Position numbers and translations under genes: made by a program. Below are positions 5,601 through 14,439 of a DNA stretch of 32,000 bases, piece by piece. The stretch spans positions 2,730,001-2,762,000 of the forward strand of contig NC_016803.1 in NCBI RefSeq assembly GCF_000189295.2, written 5' to 3'. The stretch is from Pseudodesulfovibrio mercurii (lineage in GTDB: Bacteria; Desulfobacterota; Desulfovibrionia; Desulfovibrionales; Desulfovibrionaceae). Under the pieces are notes generated by a model. It saw only the letters and a program-made list of their open reading frames with translations. It did no database searches and had not been told where the DNA came from. The stretch's first letter is position 1; each line of letters opens with the position of its first letter.

Positions 5601-7799
5601 ATGTCATTCATGCTTTCCAACTCGACCTTCTCGCTGAAGGAGTACGGCCTGGTTTCCGAAGACGATCGGTTCGCCATGGGAATGGCCTGCGGCTGGTTGA
5701 AGAACCTTCTGCGCTCGGGGGTCAATCTCGATTCGTCCATGCTGAGGCTGCTCGGCTGGATACACAACGGCGCGGAAGAGGCCATCTGCCGGGTCGCCTG
5801 CGAGCGGTGCGCCGTCCGGCCCGCCTTGCGGAAGAACGGCGAAGAGTTGGCCGAGGCCGAGGACCGCGACGCCAGACTGTTCGTCTTCGACAGGATCATG
5901 GCCCTCGCCCATGGCGAGCTGCGTCTGGCCGTGCGCAAGGCCGCATTGGAGATGCTGTCCCGGGTCGATTTCCATCCTGATCCGGACATGCACCTGGTGC
6001 GCGCCATAACCAATTTCCAGAAGGTCTTCGATCTGAGCGAGCTGGAGACGCGGCTCTGCCTCTTTCTCTACGTCCTCGCCACCTGGAGCGAATGCGAACA
6101 GTATTTCGAGGACACGTTGAAGTGCAACGGCAGGACCAACCATACCGTCCTGGCCATCCTGCTCGACACCAGCCTCTTCAAGCTGCGCCGGGTCATGAAT
6201 GGGAAACTGGACCGGCTGGCGATCCTGGAAAGGAACATCAGCGGCCGGGTCGTCTTCAACTCCCTCTACAGCCGGTTCTTCGAGGACTGCGAACCCGAGC
6301 GCGTGGCAGAATCCCTTTTCGAGACCCTCGCCGGCAATCCCGTGCCCCTCGACGAGTACATCCTGGATGCCGGGGACCGGGAGTGCATACTGGAATTGTT
6401 GCGGAACGCCGGCGACGTCCCGACCCACATCCTGCTCCATGGCGTGCCCGGCGCGGGCAAGACGAGTTTCGCCCACTCGCTGGCGCACGCCCTGGGCGTT
6501 CCGGCCTACAACGTGCCCATCTCCCGGGGCAAGGACGACATGCCCCGCGCCACCGGAATCGAGGCCTGCCTGAACATGACCAACGGCGGCAGGAACGCCC
6601 TTGTCATCGCGGACGAGGCCGACGTCCTGCTGAACACCCTGCGCGGGTATCTCCTGTCCGGAGAGCGCCAGGACAAGGGGTGGCTCAATGAGTTGCTCGA
6701 GCGGCCGGGGGTGCGCATCGTCTGGATAACCAATTCCATCGAGGACGTGGAGGATTCGGTCCTGCGGCGCTTCTCGTACAACATGAAATTCACCCCGCTG
6801 ACGGCGGCGCAGCGGGAGGTGCTCTTCGACCGGATTTTGCGGAAGCACAAGGTGAAGAGCCTGGTGCCGTCGCGGGAGATCCGGGGCCTGGTGAGGGAAT
6901 ACCCCGTGTCGGCCGGGGTGGTGGACCTGTCGGTCCGTCAGGCCCGGGCCATGTGCGGTCGGGACGCGGGGCGTTTCGTCCGGACGCTGCGCCGACTGCT
7001 GGCCGCCGCGCAGAGTCTTGCGGAGGACCGCGCACCCGGCGGAAAACGGTTCGAGATGGAAGAGGGCTACTCCCTCGACGGACTCAACTTCGACACCGAC
7101 ATCAAGGCGCTCATGCGCGATCTCGAACGGTACGACGCGTACCTGAAGTCCGGGCGCAACGACCTGATCCTCAATCGCAACGTCCTGCTGTACGGTCCCC
7201 CCGGAACGGGCAAGACCGCGTTCGCCAAGTACGTCGCCTCCCGTCTGGGACGGCGGCTTCTCGTCCGGCGCGCCAGCGACCTGCTCTCCAAGTGGGTGGG
7301 CGGGACCGAGGAGAATCTCGCCCGGGCCTTTGCAGAGGCCGAACGGGAAGGGCACGTGCTGCTCGTGGATGAGGCCGACAGCTTCATCTCTTCGCGAGAC
7401 CAGGCCATGCATCGTTGGGAGATCAGCCACGTCAACGAATTCCTGACCCAGATGGAAACCTTCCGGGGCATCCTCATCTGTTCGACCAACCGGGCCGACG
7501 AGCTTGACGCCGCTTCCCGGCGACGCTTCACCCACAAGATACGGGTCGATTACCTGACCCGCCATGGGAACCTGGTGTTCTTCGACAAGATACTCGGTCC
7601 GTATTTCCGGGGAAAGCTGAATGGCGCAGCCAGGTCCCGCCTGGCCGGACTGGCCGACGCCGCGCCGGGCGATTTCAAGGTGGTTCGCGACAAGATCGTC
7701 CTGGAGCCCCGAGGGACGTACAGCGGCGAACGGTTGTTGCAAATGCTCGAAGAGGAGGTCGCCGCCAAGCGGCGGAGACGGCCCTGTATCGGATTCTAG
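5601..7799 (+). CDS. tandem AAA+ ATPase (two P-loop modules) with an unknown ~270-aa N-terminal domain
   Basis: 732 aa from ATG 5601, with GGGAG 8 nt upstream. D1 has Walker A GVPGAGKT (6441..6464) and Walker B LVIADEADVL. D2 is a classical AAA module: GPPGTGKT (7194..7217), Walker B LLVDEADSF, and ILICSTNRADELDAASRRRF. Confidence 0.9.
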   Translation: MSFMLSNSTFSLKEYGLVSEDDRFAMGMACGWLKNLLRSGVNLDSSMLRLLGWIHNGAEEAICRVACERCAVRPALRKNGEELAEAEDRDARLFVFDRIMALAHGELRLAVRKAALEMLSRVDFHPDPDMHLVRAITNFQKVFDLSELETRLCLFLYVLATWSECEQYFEDTLKCNGRTNHTVLAILLDTSLFKLRRVMNGKLDRLAILERNISGRVVFNSLYSRFFEDCEPERVAESLFETLAGNPVPLDEYILDAGDRECILELLRNAGDVPTHILLHGVPGAGKTSFAHSLAHALGVPAYNVPISRGKDDMPRATGIEACLNMTNGGRNALVIADEADVLLNTLRGYLLSGERQDKGWLNELLERPGVRIVWITNSIEDVEDSVLRRFSYNMKFTPLTAAQREVLFDRILRKHKVKSLVPSREIRGLVREYPVSAGVVDLSVRQARAMCGRDAGRFVRTLRRLLAAAQSLAEDRAPGGKRFEMEEGYSLDGLNFDTDIKALMRDLERYDAYLKSGRNDLILNRNVLLYGPPGTGKTAFAKYVASRLGRRLLVRRASDLLSKWVGGTEENLARAFAEAEREGHVLLVDEADSFISSRDQAMHRWEISHVNEFLTQMETFRGILICSTNRADELDAASRRRFTHKIRVDYLTRHGNLVFFDKILGPYFRGKLNGAARSRLAGLADAAPGDFKVVRDKIVLEPRGTYSGERLLQMLEEEVAAKRRRRPCIGF

Positions 7800-7921
7800 G
7801 CGGCGGGTCCCGGAACGGCTCGGCGGTCTTTGCGTCGCCGCGGGATAGAAAATTCTTGATTATCAGGAGCTGGATTGTCTAGTTTGTTTCTAGAGAACGC
7901 TCAAACCGGTCTGGTGGAATT

Positions 7922-8188
7922 ATGAAAGTAGATGAAATACTTGAGAAAATAAGCACAGATGTCGACCTTGAGAAGGATGTCAACATCCTGGGCAAACCGA
8001 TCAAACGGTTCCTGAAGGCCGCCCAGGAGGAAACGGGCCTGGGTGCCCTGGAGATTCTTGAGAGTGCGCGCGGGCATCTGGTGACCGGTGATTTCCTTGT
8101 GCTGACCATTTCCGGCAAGGATTTCGTCTATTTCCTCTCCGAGGACGAATACCTGGTGGACGGGATGGTCTTCGAAAAGGGCAAGTAG
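7922..8188 (+). CDS. small acidic hypothetical protein (88 aa)
   Basis: ATG follows GGTGGA. Composition is protein-like (MKVDEILEKISTDVDLEKDVNILGKPIKRF...). It has lower GC than its neighbours and lies 122 nt downstream of the AAA+ gene. Confidence 0.6.
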   Translation: MKVDEILEKISTDVDLEKDVNILGKPIKRFLKAAQEETGLGALEILESARGHLVTGDFLVLTISGKDFVYFLSEDEYLVDGMVFEKGK

Positions 8189-8333
8189 CGTTCTCCCTGC
8201 CGCTCGGCGGGGCCGGGGCCGGTCGTTCGACCGCCGTCCGTCCCGCAAGCGGCCCACAGGCCGCGCCGCCGCGGCGTCCCGTTGCCGGGCGGTTGTCTCC
8301 GGCATTCCCCTCGCCATACGGACGGATCGCCTT

Positions 8334-8356
8334 CCCCCGGCACGTCATGCCGGGGG
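8334..8356. terminator. hairpin between convergent genes (possible bidirectional terminator)
   Basis: CCCCCGGCA cgtca TGCCGGGGG forms a 9-bp perfect stem with a 5-nt loop. It sits between the stops at 8188 (+) and 8408 (-). There is no clear U-tract. Confidence 0.35.
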
Positions 8357-8407
8357 TGCAACGCCCTCACAGCCGCAGGAAGCGGGTCCTCCCCCCTCCC
8401 TTCGGGC

Positions 8408-11400
8408 TCAGTCCCGAGGCCCGAAGTATGCGGACAGGCAGCCGTTGAGGTGATTTTTCACGGTTCGCGACAATCGTTTGATCCCCAATATGTTCGCCAC
8501 GTCTCGGACCCTGTCGTCACTGGCGGCGAGTCCCGGATGGGCGGCGATGAGCCCGAATATCTCGTGCCGGGAGATCTCGGTGGCGCTTCGGCCCTCTATG
8601 GAGCGGAACGGCACGGTTTCCCGGCAGCTCCCCGGAGCCCAGATGAAGGTCGTCCCGGCCTCCGGGCGGCGTTCTTTTCCGTCCAGGCAGGCATCGATCC
8701 GCTCCCTGATCCTGGCCCCGGTCCGTTTCCATCCATGGGCCTTGCAGATGGTCCGGGCCAATCGGTTGGCCTCGATGGGCCCTTCGGCTGCGACGAGAAC
8801 GTCGATCATCCGGGCCAGGATCGGGGTGTAGTCGGGGTCGAAAAACCGGTTCGCGTCCGGCTGGACCGGCCGGTTGACGGCGGCCTCTTCCTCCGGGGCG
8901 TCCGCTGAAGGCGTTTGCTCCGGTTCCGCAGGGGCGACCGTTTCCGGGCCCACCGGATTCGGGGACAGGTCCTCCGTCCGCCCGATTCCGGCATGGAGCC
9001 GCCGTTGCGGGGCGGGCGGGGCGACCGTCGGGCCGGCCATGCCGGCGGCGAGCCCACGGGGAAGGTCTGGCCATTCCCGCCGCGCCTCCGAACGGCTCTC
9101 GGCCCGGGCCGCTTCCTCCTCCTCCCGCCGCCGGGACGCCTTGAGCAGTCCCTCCAGTTCCTCATGCACCCGTTGCAGCGCTTCGGACGGATTCATGAAC
9201 CAATCCGCGGACCAGATGCGGAGGATGTTCCATCCGAGATTGCGCAGCACGGCCTCGCGGATTTCGTCGCGGTCCCGGGCTGTTGCGGAATGATGGTAGG
9301 TCGCGCCGTCGCACTCGACGCCCGCGAGATAGGCCCCGGCATGGTCGGGGTGGACCACTCCGAGATCGATCCGATACCTGGAGACCCCGATCCGGGGCCG
9401 CACTTGCCACCCCCTGGCCTCCAGGGCCGCCATCACCGCCTCTTCGAACGGGCTCTCGGCATCCTCCGTCGAATCGGCGTTCATGGCGGGCAGGGCGATC
9501 GGGCCGTTCTCGGCGTACTCCAGGAAGTTCTTGAGATGGGCCACGCCGAGGGCGTTGGTCCTGGAAGTATCCATGTCGTCGGCGTCGATGGAAGAGAAAA
9601 CGTGCATCTCGCGGCGGGCCCGGGTCACGGCGACATTCAGGCGTTTTTCGCCGCCGTCGCGGTTCAATGCGCCGAAGCTCATCGACATCTTCCCGGCTCC
9701 GTCGCGGCCGAAGGTGACGGAGAAGCACATGATGTCGCGCTCGTCTCCCTGGATGTTCTCCAGGTTCTTGACGATGACCGGCTCTTCCCGCTCGTCGCTG
9801 AAATACCATTCCAGGTCCGGGTTGGACCGCCTGGCCTCGTCGAAGAGATTGAGGATCAGTTCCTGTTGCTGGATGTTGAAGGTGATGACCCCGAGCGTGG
9901 GACGGTCCCCCTCGGGCCGTTGGAGCCAGCTTTCCAGGCGCGATTGGGCGAAGCGCACGATCTCCCGCGCCTCCTCAAGGTTGGTGCGGCCCGTTCCCCG
10001 CGCATAGGTCCCTTCGTTCCTGTGGAGGACCAGGGCCTTCGATTCGGTCGCGGGCGATGGAAAGGTGATGAGTTCGCCGTGGTAATAATGGTGGTTGGAA
10101 AAGGCGATCAGCGACTCGTCGCGGCTGCGATAGTGCCAGTTCAACCGGATCGGCGGCAGGCCCGCCGCATCGGCCTCCTCGAGAATGCTCGGCAGGTCCT
10201 TTTCGTATTCGGCCAGGTCCTCCGCATCCTCGTCGTCGGTGCGGCCGAAAAAGTTGGTGGGGGGCAGCTGTTTCGGGTCGCCCACGATGATGGATTGCCG
10301 CGCCCTGGCGATGGCCCCGACCGCATCCCAGGTCGTGATCTGCGAGGCCTCGTCGAAGATGACCACGTCGAACTGCGTTTGATCGGCAGGGAGATATTGC
10401 GCCACGGACAGCGGCGACATCAACATGCACGGCGTCAGCTTGGTGAACGTGGTCGGCATGCCTTCGATGAGTTTGCGGATGGAGAGGCTCGGCCGTTGCA
10501 GGCCGAGCTGGTGGCGCAGCAATCCCAGCTCGGACCGGCGGGGCACGGCGTTCCTGGTGGGCAGGTCATGGGAGACATTCCTCAGGACCTGGTCGGCGGC
10601 CAGCGCCCGCACCGTTCTGTCGCGCCGCCTGAATTCCTTGATCAGGTCCTCGTGGGACCAGTGGCGGAAACCCCGGAGTTCGGAGCTGGCGTCCAGGGCC
10701 AGGGGCAGCCACCATGTGAAGTAGGCCGCGCGGAAATCGGCGCGGGCATCCTCTATCTCTCCGTCCCGGAGGGCGTCCAGGAAGGCGCCGAGCCCCAGCG
10801 TCCTGGCCTCTTCCCTGACGGCCGCCCATCGGGTCCAGTCCGCCAGTTGCGCCCTGTGGTCGACGAGGAGGCGGAGGTCCCCGGCCAGGGCCTCCAGGGA
10901 GGTCGCGTGCGGTTCGCCCCCGGCGTGGGCCGAGTAGGCGTCGCGGGCGTCCTGGAATCTCGCCAGCGCGGAGTGGAACTTCTCGGCCAGGAGCGCCGCC
11001 TCGGGTTTGTCTCTCCGGAGCAGGGCCTCCAGCGTGTCCGCGAAACGATTTGCATCCGAGGCGTGCCGCCGCACATCGTCGAGCGCCCGCTGCAGTTTTT
11101 CCGTCTCTCTCAGATAGGCGGCGACCTGGGTTCCGTCGGTGTCCTCGTGCCGGAAGACCGGGAGGTTGGCCAACTCGCTCCGATCGACGGTTTCGAGATT
11201 GTCGCGGAGCCGCCTCAGGGGCTCTATCTCACCGGCCACGTCGACCCTGCCGTCCGTTGCGTAGCCCTGGAGCAGACGGGTGACCCGGCGGCGCGCCCAG
11301 GCGGAGAATGGCCACATCCGGGCGTTGGCCTCCCGCCATTGCCGGTCGATGTCCTCTATGGGGAGGCGCCGCAATGCGGAGTTTTCGTAATCGGCCGACA

Positions 11401-14281
11401 AGCCGGAGCGCGCCTGGCGGATGGCGGCGATGGCCGTGTCCAGGGACGCGGCGGCCTCTTCCAGGCGGCCCAGTTCCGCGTCAACGACGTTGCCGTAGTC
11501 CTGCTCGGAGGAGATTCGGCAGACTTCGTGGAAGCGGCGCAGGCTGTCGATGCGTTCGGGATCGTTTTCCCCGGCATCGGGCAGGCCGATGCAGTCGGCC
11601 AGGGCGTCCGCCGCCTCCTTGAGCGGGGGGATCGCGGAAAGGACGCCCTCGGCGCGCTCCATCAGGTCGTTCTCCCATCGGTACGACCATTCCCTAGCCC
11701 CGACGCTGTCGAATCCCCGGCAGTCGCGGACGATGGGGTAGACCCTGGCGGCCCGGACGGCCGTGTCCTCCAGCCTGGCGAACATGGCCGGATCGTGCGC
11801 TCCGGGGTTGTCGAATGTAACCGTGAATTCTCGGCGACGGCCCACCGCCATCCCGATGGCCTGGAAGATGCTGAAGCCGTGGCTGCCCGGGGCGTGCAGC
11901 TGCTCGACGTATTCGTTGAGGCGGTCGCGCGTTTCCCGGAGCCGCTCCGTCTCGCTATGCCAGGCGTTCGCGGAATGGGCTTCGCTCCGTTCCCAGGCGG
12001 CCCCCAGCTGCGCCAATACCCGTTTGCGGTTCGCCTTGTTGGAGTGGAGTTCGAGGCAGACGCTGCCCAGTCCGTAGGCCTTCAGCCTGCGGTAGACGAC
12101 GTCGAGGGCCGCGGCTTTCTCCGCGACGAAGAGGACGCGTTTCCCGATGGAAAGGCATTGGGCGATCACGTTCGCGATGGTCTGGCTCTTCCCGGTTCCC
12201 GGAGGGCCGATGACGATGAAGTCGTATCCCTTCATGGCGGCCACGACCGCGGCCAGCTGCGAACTGTCCGCGGGCAGGGGCGTCAGGAGTTCCCGGGGGG
12301 AGACGTTCTTGTCGATCTCGTCCGGGATGGGGAGGCAGGCCCCGCCGCACGCCTGCTCGAAGGGCGTTTCGGGCGAATCGATGAGGTGCTTGACCAGGCG
12401 GTTGTTTTTCAGGTCGTCGGTCCGGTCCACCAGGTCCTTCCACATCAGGTACTTGGCGAAGGAGAAGGTGGAGAGGGCCGCATCCTCCACGACTTCGAAG
12501 CCGGGGACGTCCCGCACGGCCCGGCGCATGCGGTCGAAGATCGCCGGAACGTCTATGCCCGCGTCATCGACGGGGAGTTCCCCCTCGAGCGACTGGACCT
12601 TGAGCCCGAAGTCCCGTTGCAGGAATTGCAGGAGCGTGGCGTTGATGCGCACGTCGTCCTCGTGGTGCGTCAGCGAGAAATGGGATCGGGCCGAGCTGCG
12701 TTTGAGCGTGACCGGGAGCAGCAGGATCGGGGCCCGGCAGCTCGTCGGATCGGTTTCCGTCTTTTTCCACCTGAGGAAGCCGACCGCGAGATAGAGGGTG
12801 TTGGCGCCGCCCTCGATCATTTCGCTGTTGGCCTTGCGGTACAGGGTGACCAGGCGGTTGCGCATGTCGTTCCCGGTGAGCGGGATGCAGAGCTGTCTGC
12901 GCTCCAGGGCGTTTTGGGCGAACTCCTCGTGTATGTCCTTCCCGTGCTGTCGGCGGTAGAGCTCCGGGTCCCGCGCGCCGATGGGATTTTCATCCTTCAG
13001 GGAAATGATCCGCAGGGCCTTTCCTTCCGCCAGCATGTCCTCGAGTTCGGGCAGATTCGGACAGAGCACCGGCACGGTCTGCCTGGTGTCCCTGAAATTG
13101 AGCAGCCGGTTGCGCAGGGTCAGGTCGAGCAGTTTCCGCTGCCAGCGGTCGATCCTGCCCTGAGGCGTCCGCGGGGCCTCGTCCACGATTTCGCCCGGCA
13201 GCAGCCCGAAGTCCGGCTCGGGGGGCAGCGCCGCCGGAGCCGTTTCCTCGATGGTTCCGGCTTGCGCCCGTTCCGTCTGGTGCGAGGCCAGGGGCGTGAT
13301 GCCCGCGAAGCGGGCCCGCCGGATGTCAACGGCCCGTTCGAAGTCGGTCTCGTTTCCCTCGCCGAGCTGGGCCTGGGCGTTCCGGACCGCCTGGGCGAAG
13401 TCCGCGACTGGGCGCGTCGTGACGAGGGTCGTCTCGAAGGCGATGAATTCCCGCGCGGCAATGGCCTTCCGGAGTTCGACCACGTCGGGCTCCTCGATGG
13501 AAGGCAGGGTCTTGTCCGTGAGCCATACCCCGGCGAAGGCGTGTCCCTTGGTGAAGATGACGACCGGGTTGAGCCCCGCCGCCTCCAATGCGCCGGCGAA
13601 AAGCAGCGATCCGTCCAGGCAGGTGACGAGCCCTTGGTCCAGAATCCGTTTCGGGCCGCGAATCTTCTGCCCGGTTCGCTCGAACGAGGCCGGAGGCTCC
13701 GCATAGCTCAGGGTCATCCCCGTGACGGCCGACCAGATCGCCGCCGCGAGCATGTAGGCGCGTTTGGGGTCCCTGCTCTGATAGCCGTCCAACGCCCCCT
13801 TCCGGCCGCTTGCCTCCAGCAGCATGCTCGCCCGCTTGCAGATCCCCGCCACGGCCGGATCGTTGGGCGAGACGAAGGCCGCGAGGATGCCCGCCATTTC
13901 CCCGACGCCGCCCCATTCGTCGCGGGCGAGCAGCCGCAGGGGCAGCGTCCGTTCCGCCAGGACCGCGTCCCCCCGCCTCAGCCGGAAGTCGAGCTGCCCC
14001 TGTTCCGCCTCGTCGAGGCCGTCGAAAAAGGCGAAGTCGCTCTCCAGCCGCAGATCGGCAAGGGAGACCTCGTCATAGGCGCCGATCCTGTCGATGACCC
14101 AGGTCTTGTCTCGGCAGAATCGGGGATGGGGATCGAGTTCCAGGGTCAGGTCGTCAAGGGGCTCGTCCGAGGTGTTGCGGATCGTGATGCTGCGCAGGAT
14201 GGGCACCATGTTTTGCGCGGAGGCGTGGTTGACGCATTCAGCGTAGGCGATGTGCAGATCCGGGGTGGTCGGTCTATCCAT
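8408..14281 (-). CDS. 1957-aa multidomain protein: transglutaminase-like N-domain, DUF4011-like region, Upf1-type SF1 helicase, Vsr/DUF559-like endonuclease fold, DUF3320-like C-terminus
   Basis: GAGGGGG RBS. A Cys/His pair sits in LVTCLDGS...TKGHAFAGVW (Cys codon about 13619..13621). Helicase motifs are IGPPGTGKSQT (12185..12208), VVIFDEASQ, IIVGDPKQLPP and RLNVAVTRARREMHVF. The nuclease-like block is RGWQVRPRIGVSRYRIDLGVV...GVECDGATYH...LRNLGWNILRIW (about 9182..9415). An acidic/Pro linker is followed by YTPILARMIDVLVAAEGPI... Confidence 0.95.
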   Translation of the reverse strand: MDRPTTPDLHIAYAECVNHASAQNMVPILRSITIRNTSDEPLDDLTLELDPHPRFCRDKTWVIDRIGAYDEVSLADLRLESDFAFFDGLDEAEQGQLDFRLRRGDAVLAERTLPLRLLARDEWGGVGEMAGILAAFVSPNDPAVAGICKRASMLLEASGRKGALDGYQSRDPKRAYMLAAAIWSAVTGMTLSYAEPPASFERTGQKIRGPKRILDQGLVTCLDGSLLFAGALEAAGLNPVVIFTKGHAFAGVWLTDKTLPSIEEPDVVELRKAIAAREFIAFETTLVTTRPVADFAQAVRNAQAQLGEGNETDFERAVDIRRARFAGITPLASHQTERAQAGTIEETAPAALPPEPDFGLLPGEIVDEAPRTPQGRIDRWQRKLLDLTLRNRLLNFRDTRQTVPVLCPNLPELEDMLAEGKALRIISLKDENPIGARDPELYRRQHGKDIHEEFAQNALERRQLCIPLTGNDMRNRLVTLYRKANSEMIEGGANTLYLAVGFLRWKKTETDPTSCRAPILLLPVTLKRSSARSHFSLTHHEDDVRINATLLQFLQRDFGLKVQSLEGELPVDDAGIDVPAIFDRMRRAVRDVPGFEVVEDAALSTFSFAKYLMWKDLVDRTDDLKNNRLVKHLIDSPETPFEQACGGACLPIPDEIDKNVSPRELLTPLPADSSQLAAVVAAMKGYDFIVIGPPGTGKSQTIANVIAQCLSIGKRVLFVAEKAAALDVVYRRLKAYGLGSVCLELHSNKANRKRVLAQLGAAWERSEAHSANAWHSETERLRETRDRLNEYVEQLHAPGSHGFSIFQAIGMAVGRRREFTVTFDNPGAHDPAMFARLEDTAVRAARVYPIVRDCRGFDSVGAREWSYRWENDLMERAEGVLSAIPPLKEAADALADCIGLPDAGENDPERIDSLRRFHEVCRISSEQDYGNVVDAELGRLEEAAASLDTAIAAIRQARSGLSADYENSALRRLPIEDIDRQWREANARMWPFSAWARRRVTRLLQGYATDGRVDVAGEIEPLRRLRDNLETVDRSELANLPVFRHEDTDGTQVAAYLRETEKLQRALDDVRRHASDANRFADTLEALLRRDKPEAALLAEKFHSALARFQDARDAYSAHAGGEPHATSLEALAGDLRLLVDHRAQLADWTRWAAVREEARTLGLGAFLDALRDGEIEDARADFRAAYFTWWLPLALDASSELRGFRHWSHEDLIKEFRRRDRTVRALAADQVLRNVSHDLPTRNAVPRRSELGLLRHQLGLQRPSLSIRKLIEGMPTTFTKLTPCMLMSPLSVAQYLPADQTQFDVVIFDEASQITTWDAVGAIARARQSIIVGDPKQLPPTNFFGRTDDEDAEDLAEYEKDLPSILEEADAAGLPPIRLNWHYRSRDESLIAFSNHHYYHGELITFPSPATESKALVLHRNEGTYARGTGRTNLEEAREIVRFAQSRLESWLQRPEGDRPTLGVITFNIQQQELILNLFDEARRSNPDLEWYFSDEREEPVIVKNLENIQGDERDIMCFSVTFGRDGAGKMSMSFGALNRDGGEKRLNVAVTRARREMHVFSSIDADDMDTSRTNALGVAHLKNFLEYAENGPIALPAMNADSTEDAESPFEEAVMAALEARGWQVRPRIGVSRYRIDLGVVHPDHAGAYLAGVECDGATYHHSATARDRDEIREAVLRNLGWNILRIWSADWFMNPSEALQRVHEELEGLLKASRRREEEEAARAESRSEARREWPDLPRGLAAGMAGPTVAPPAPQRRLHAGIGRTEDLSPNPVGPETVAPAEPEQTPSADAPEEEAAVNRPVQPDANRFFDPDYTPILARMIDVLVAAEGPIEANRLARTICKAHGWKRTGARIRERIDACLDGKERRPEAGTTFIWAPGSCRETVPFRSIEGRSATEISRHEIFGLIAAHPGLAASDDRVRDVANILGIKRLSRTVKNHLNGCLSAYFGPRD

Positions 14282-14439
14282 TTTTCCCCCTCGTGATACG
14301 GGATGTTACGTGCCGAAAATCTGGTCGGTTATCCGAAAAATCAAGATACACGATATAGACTCTACTGAAAAGGCGGGGCGTCGGGAAAAGGGACCGTCGA
14401 ACGGATTCCCTTTCGTCCCGGCCCCGGCGCGCCTTGCGC

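Noticed and set aside
5604-7742. Long antisense and alternative-frame ORFs: 5604..7742(-), 24976..26550(-), 26575..28344(-), 14306..16216(-), 14434..15780(+), 17678..19408(+), 19357..21645(+), 543..1997(+), 3563..4621(+), 16586..17650(+)
   Set aside because: Each overlaps a gene on the other strand or frame that has recognisable motifs and an AGGAGG-type RBS. Their translations are low-complexity Arg/Pro/Gly/Ala strings.
8915-14296. 1793-aa plus-strand ORF covering the giant-gene region
   Set aside because: It is antisense to the 1957-aa gene, which carries clear helicase and nuclease motifs. The translation is Arg/Gly/Pro/Val-rich with no motifs and no RBS. This is a typical stop-codon-poor antisense frame in high-GC DNA.
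14297-14316. GGCACG -24-like half-site upstream of the giant helicase gene
   Set aside because: No GC or TTGC sits at the required -12 position (it reads ATCC). A TTTTCA-N17-TATCTT sigma70-like pair (14371..14343, minus strand) is possible but too weak to call.
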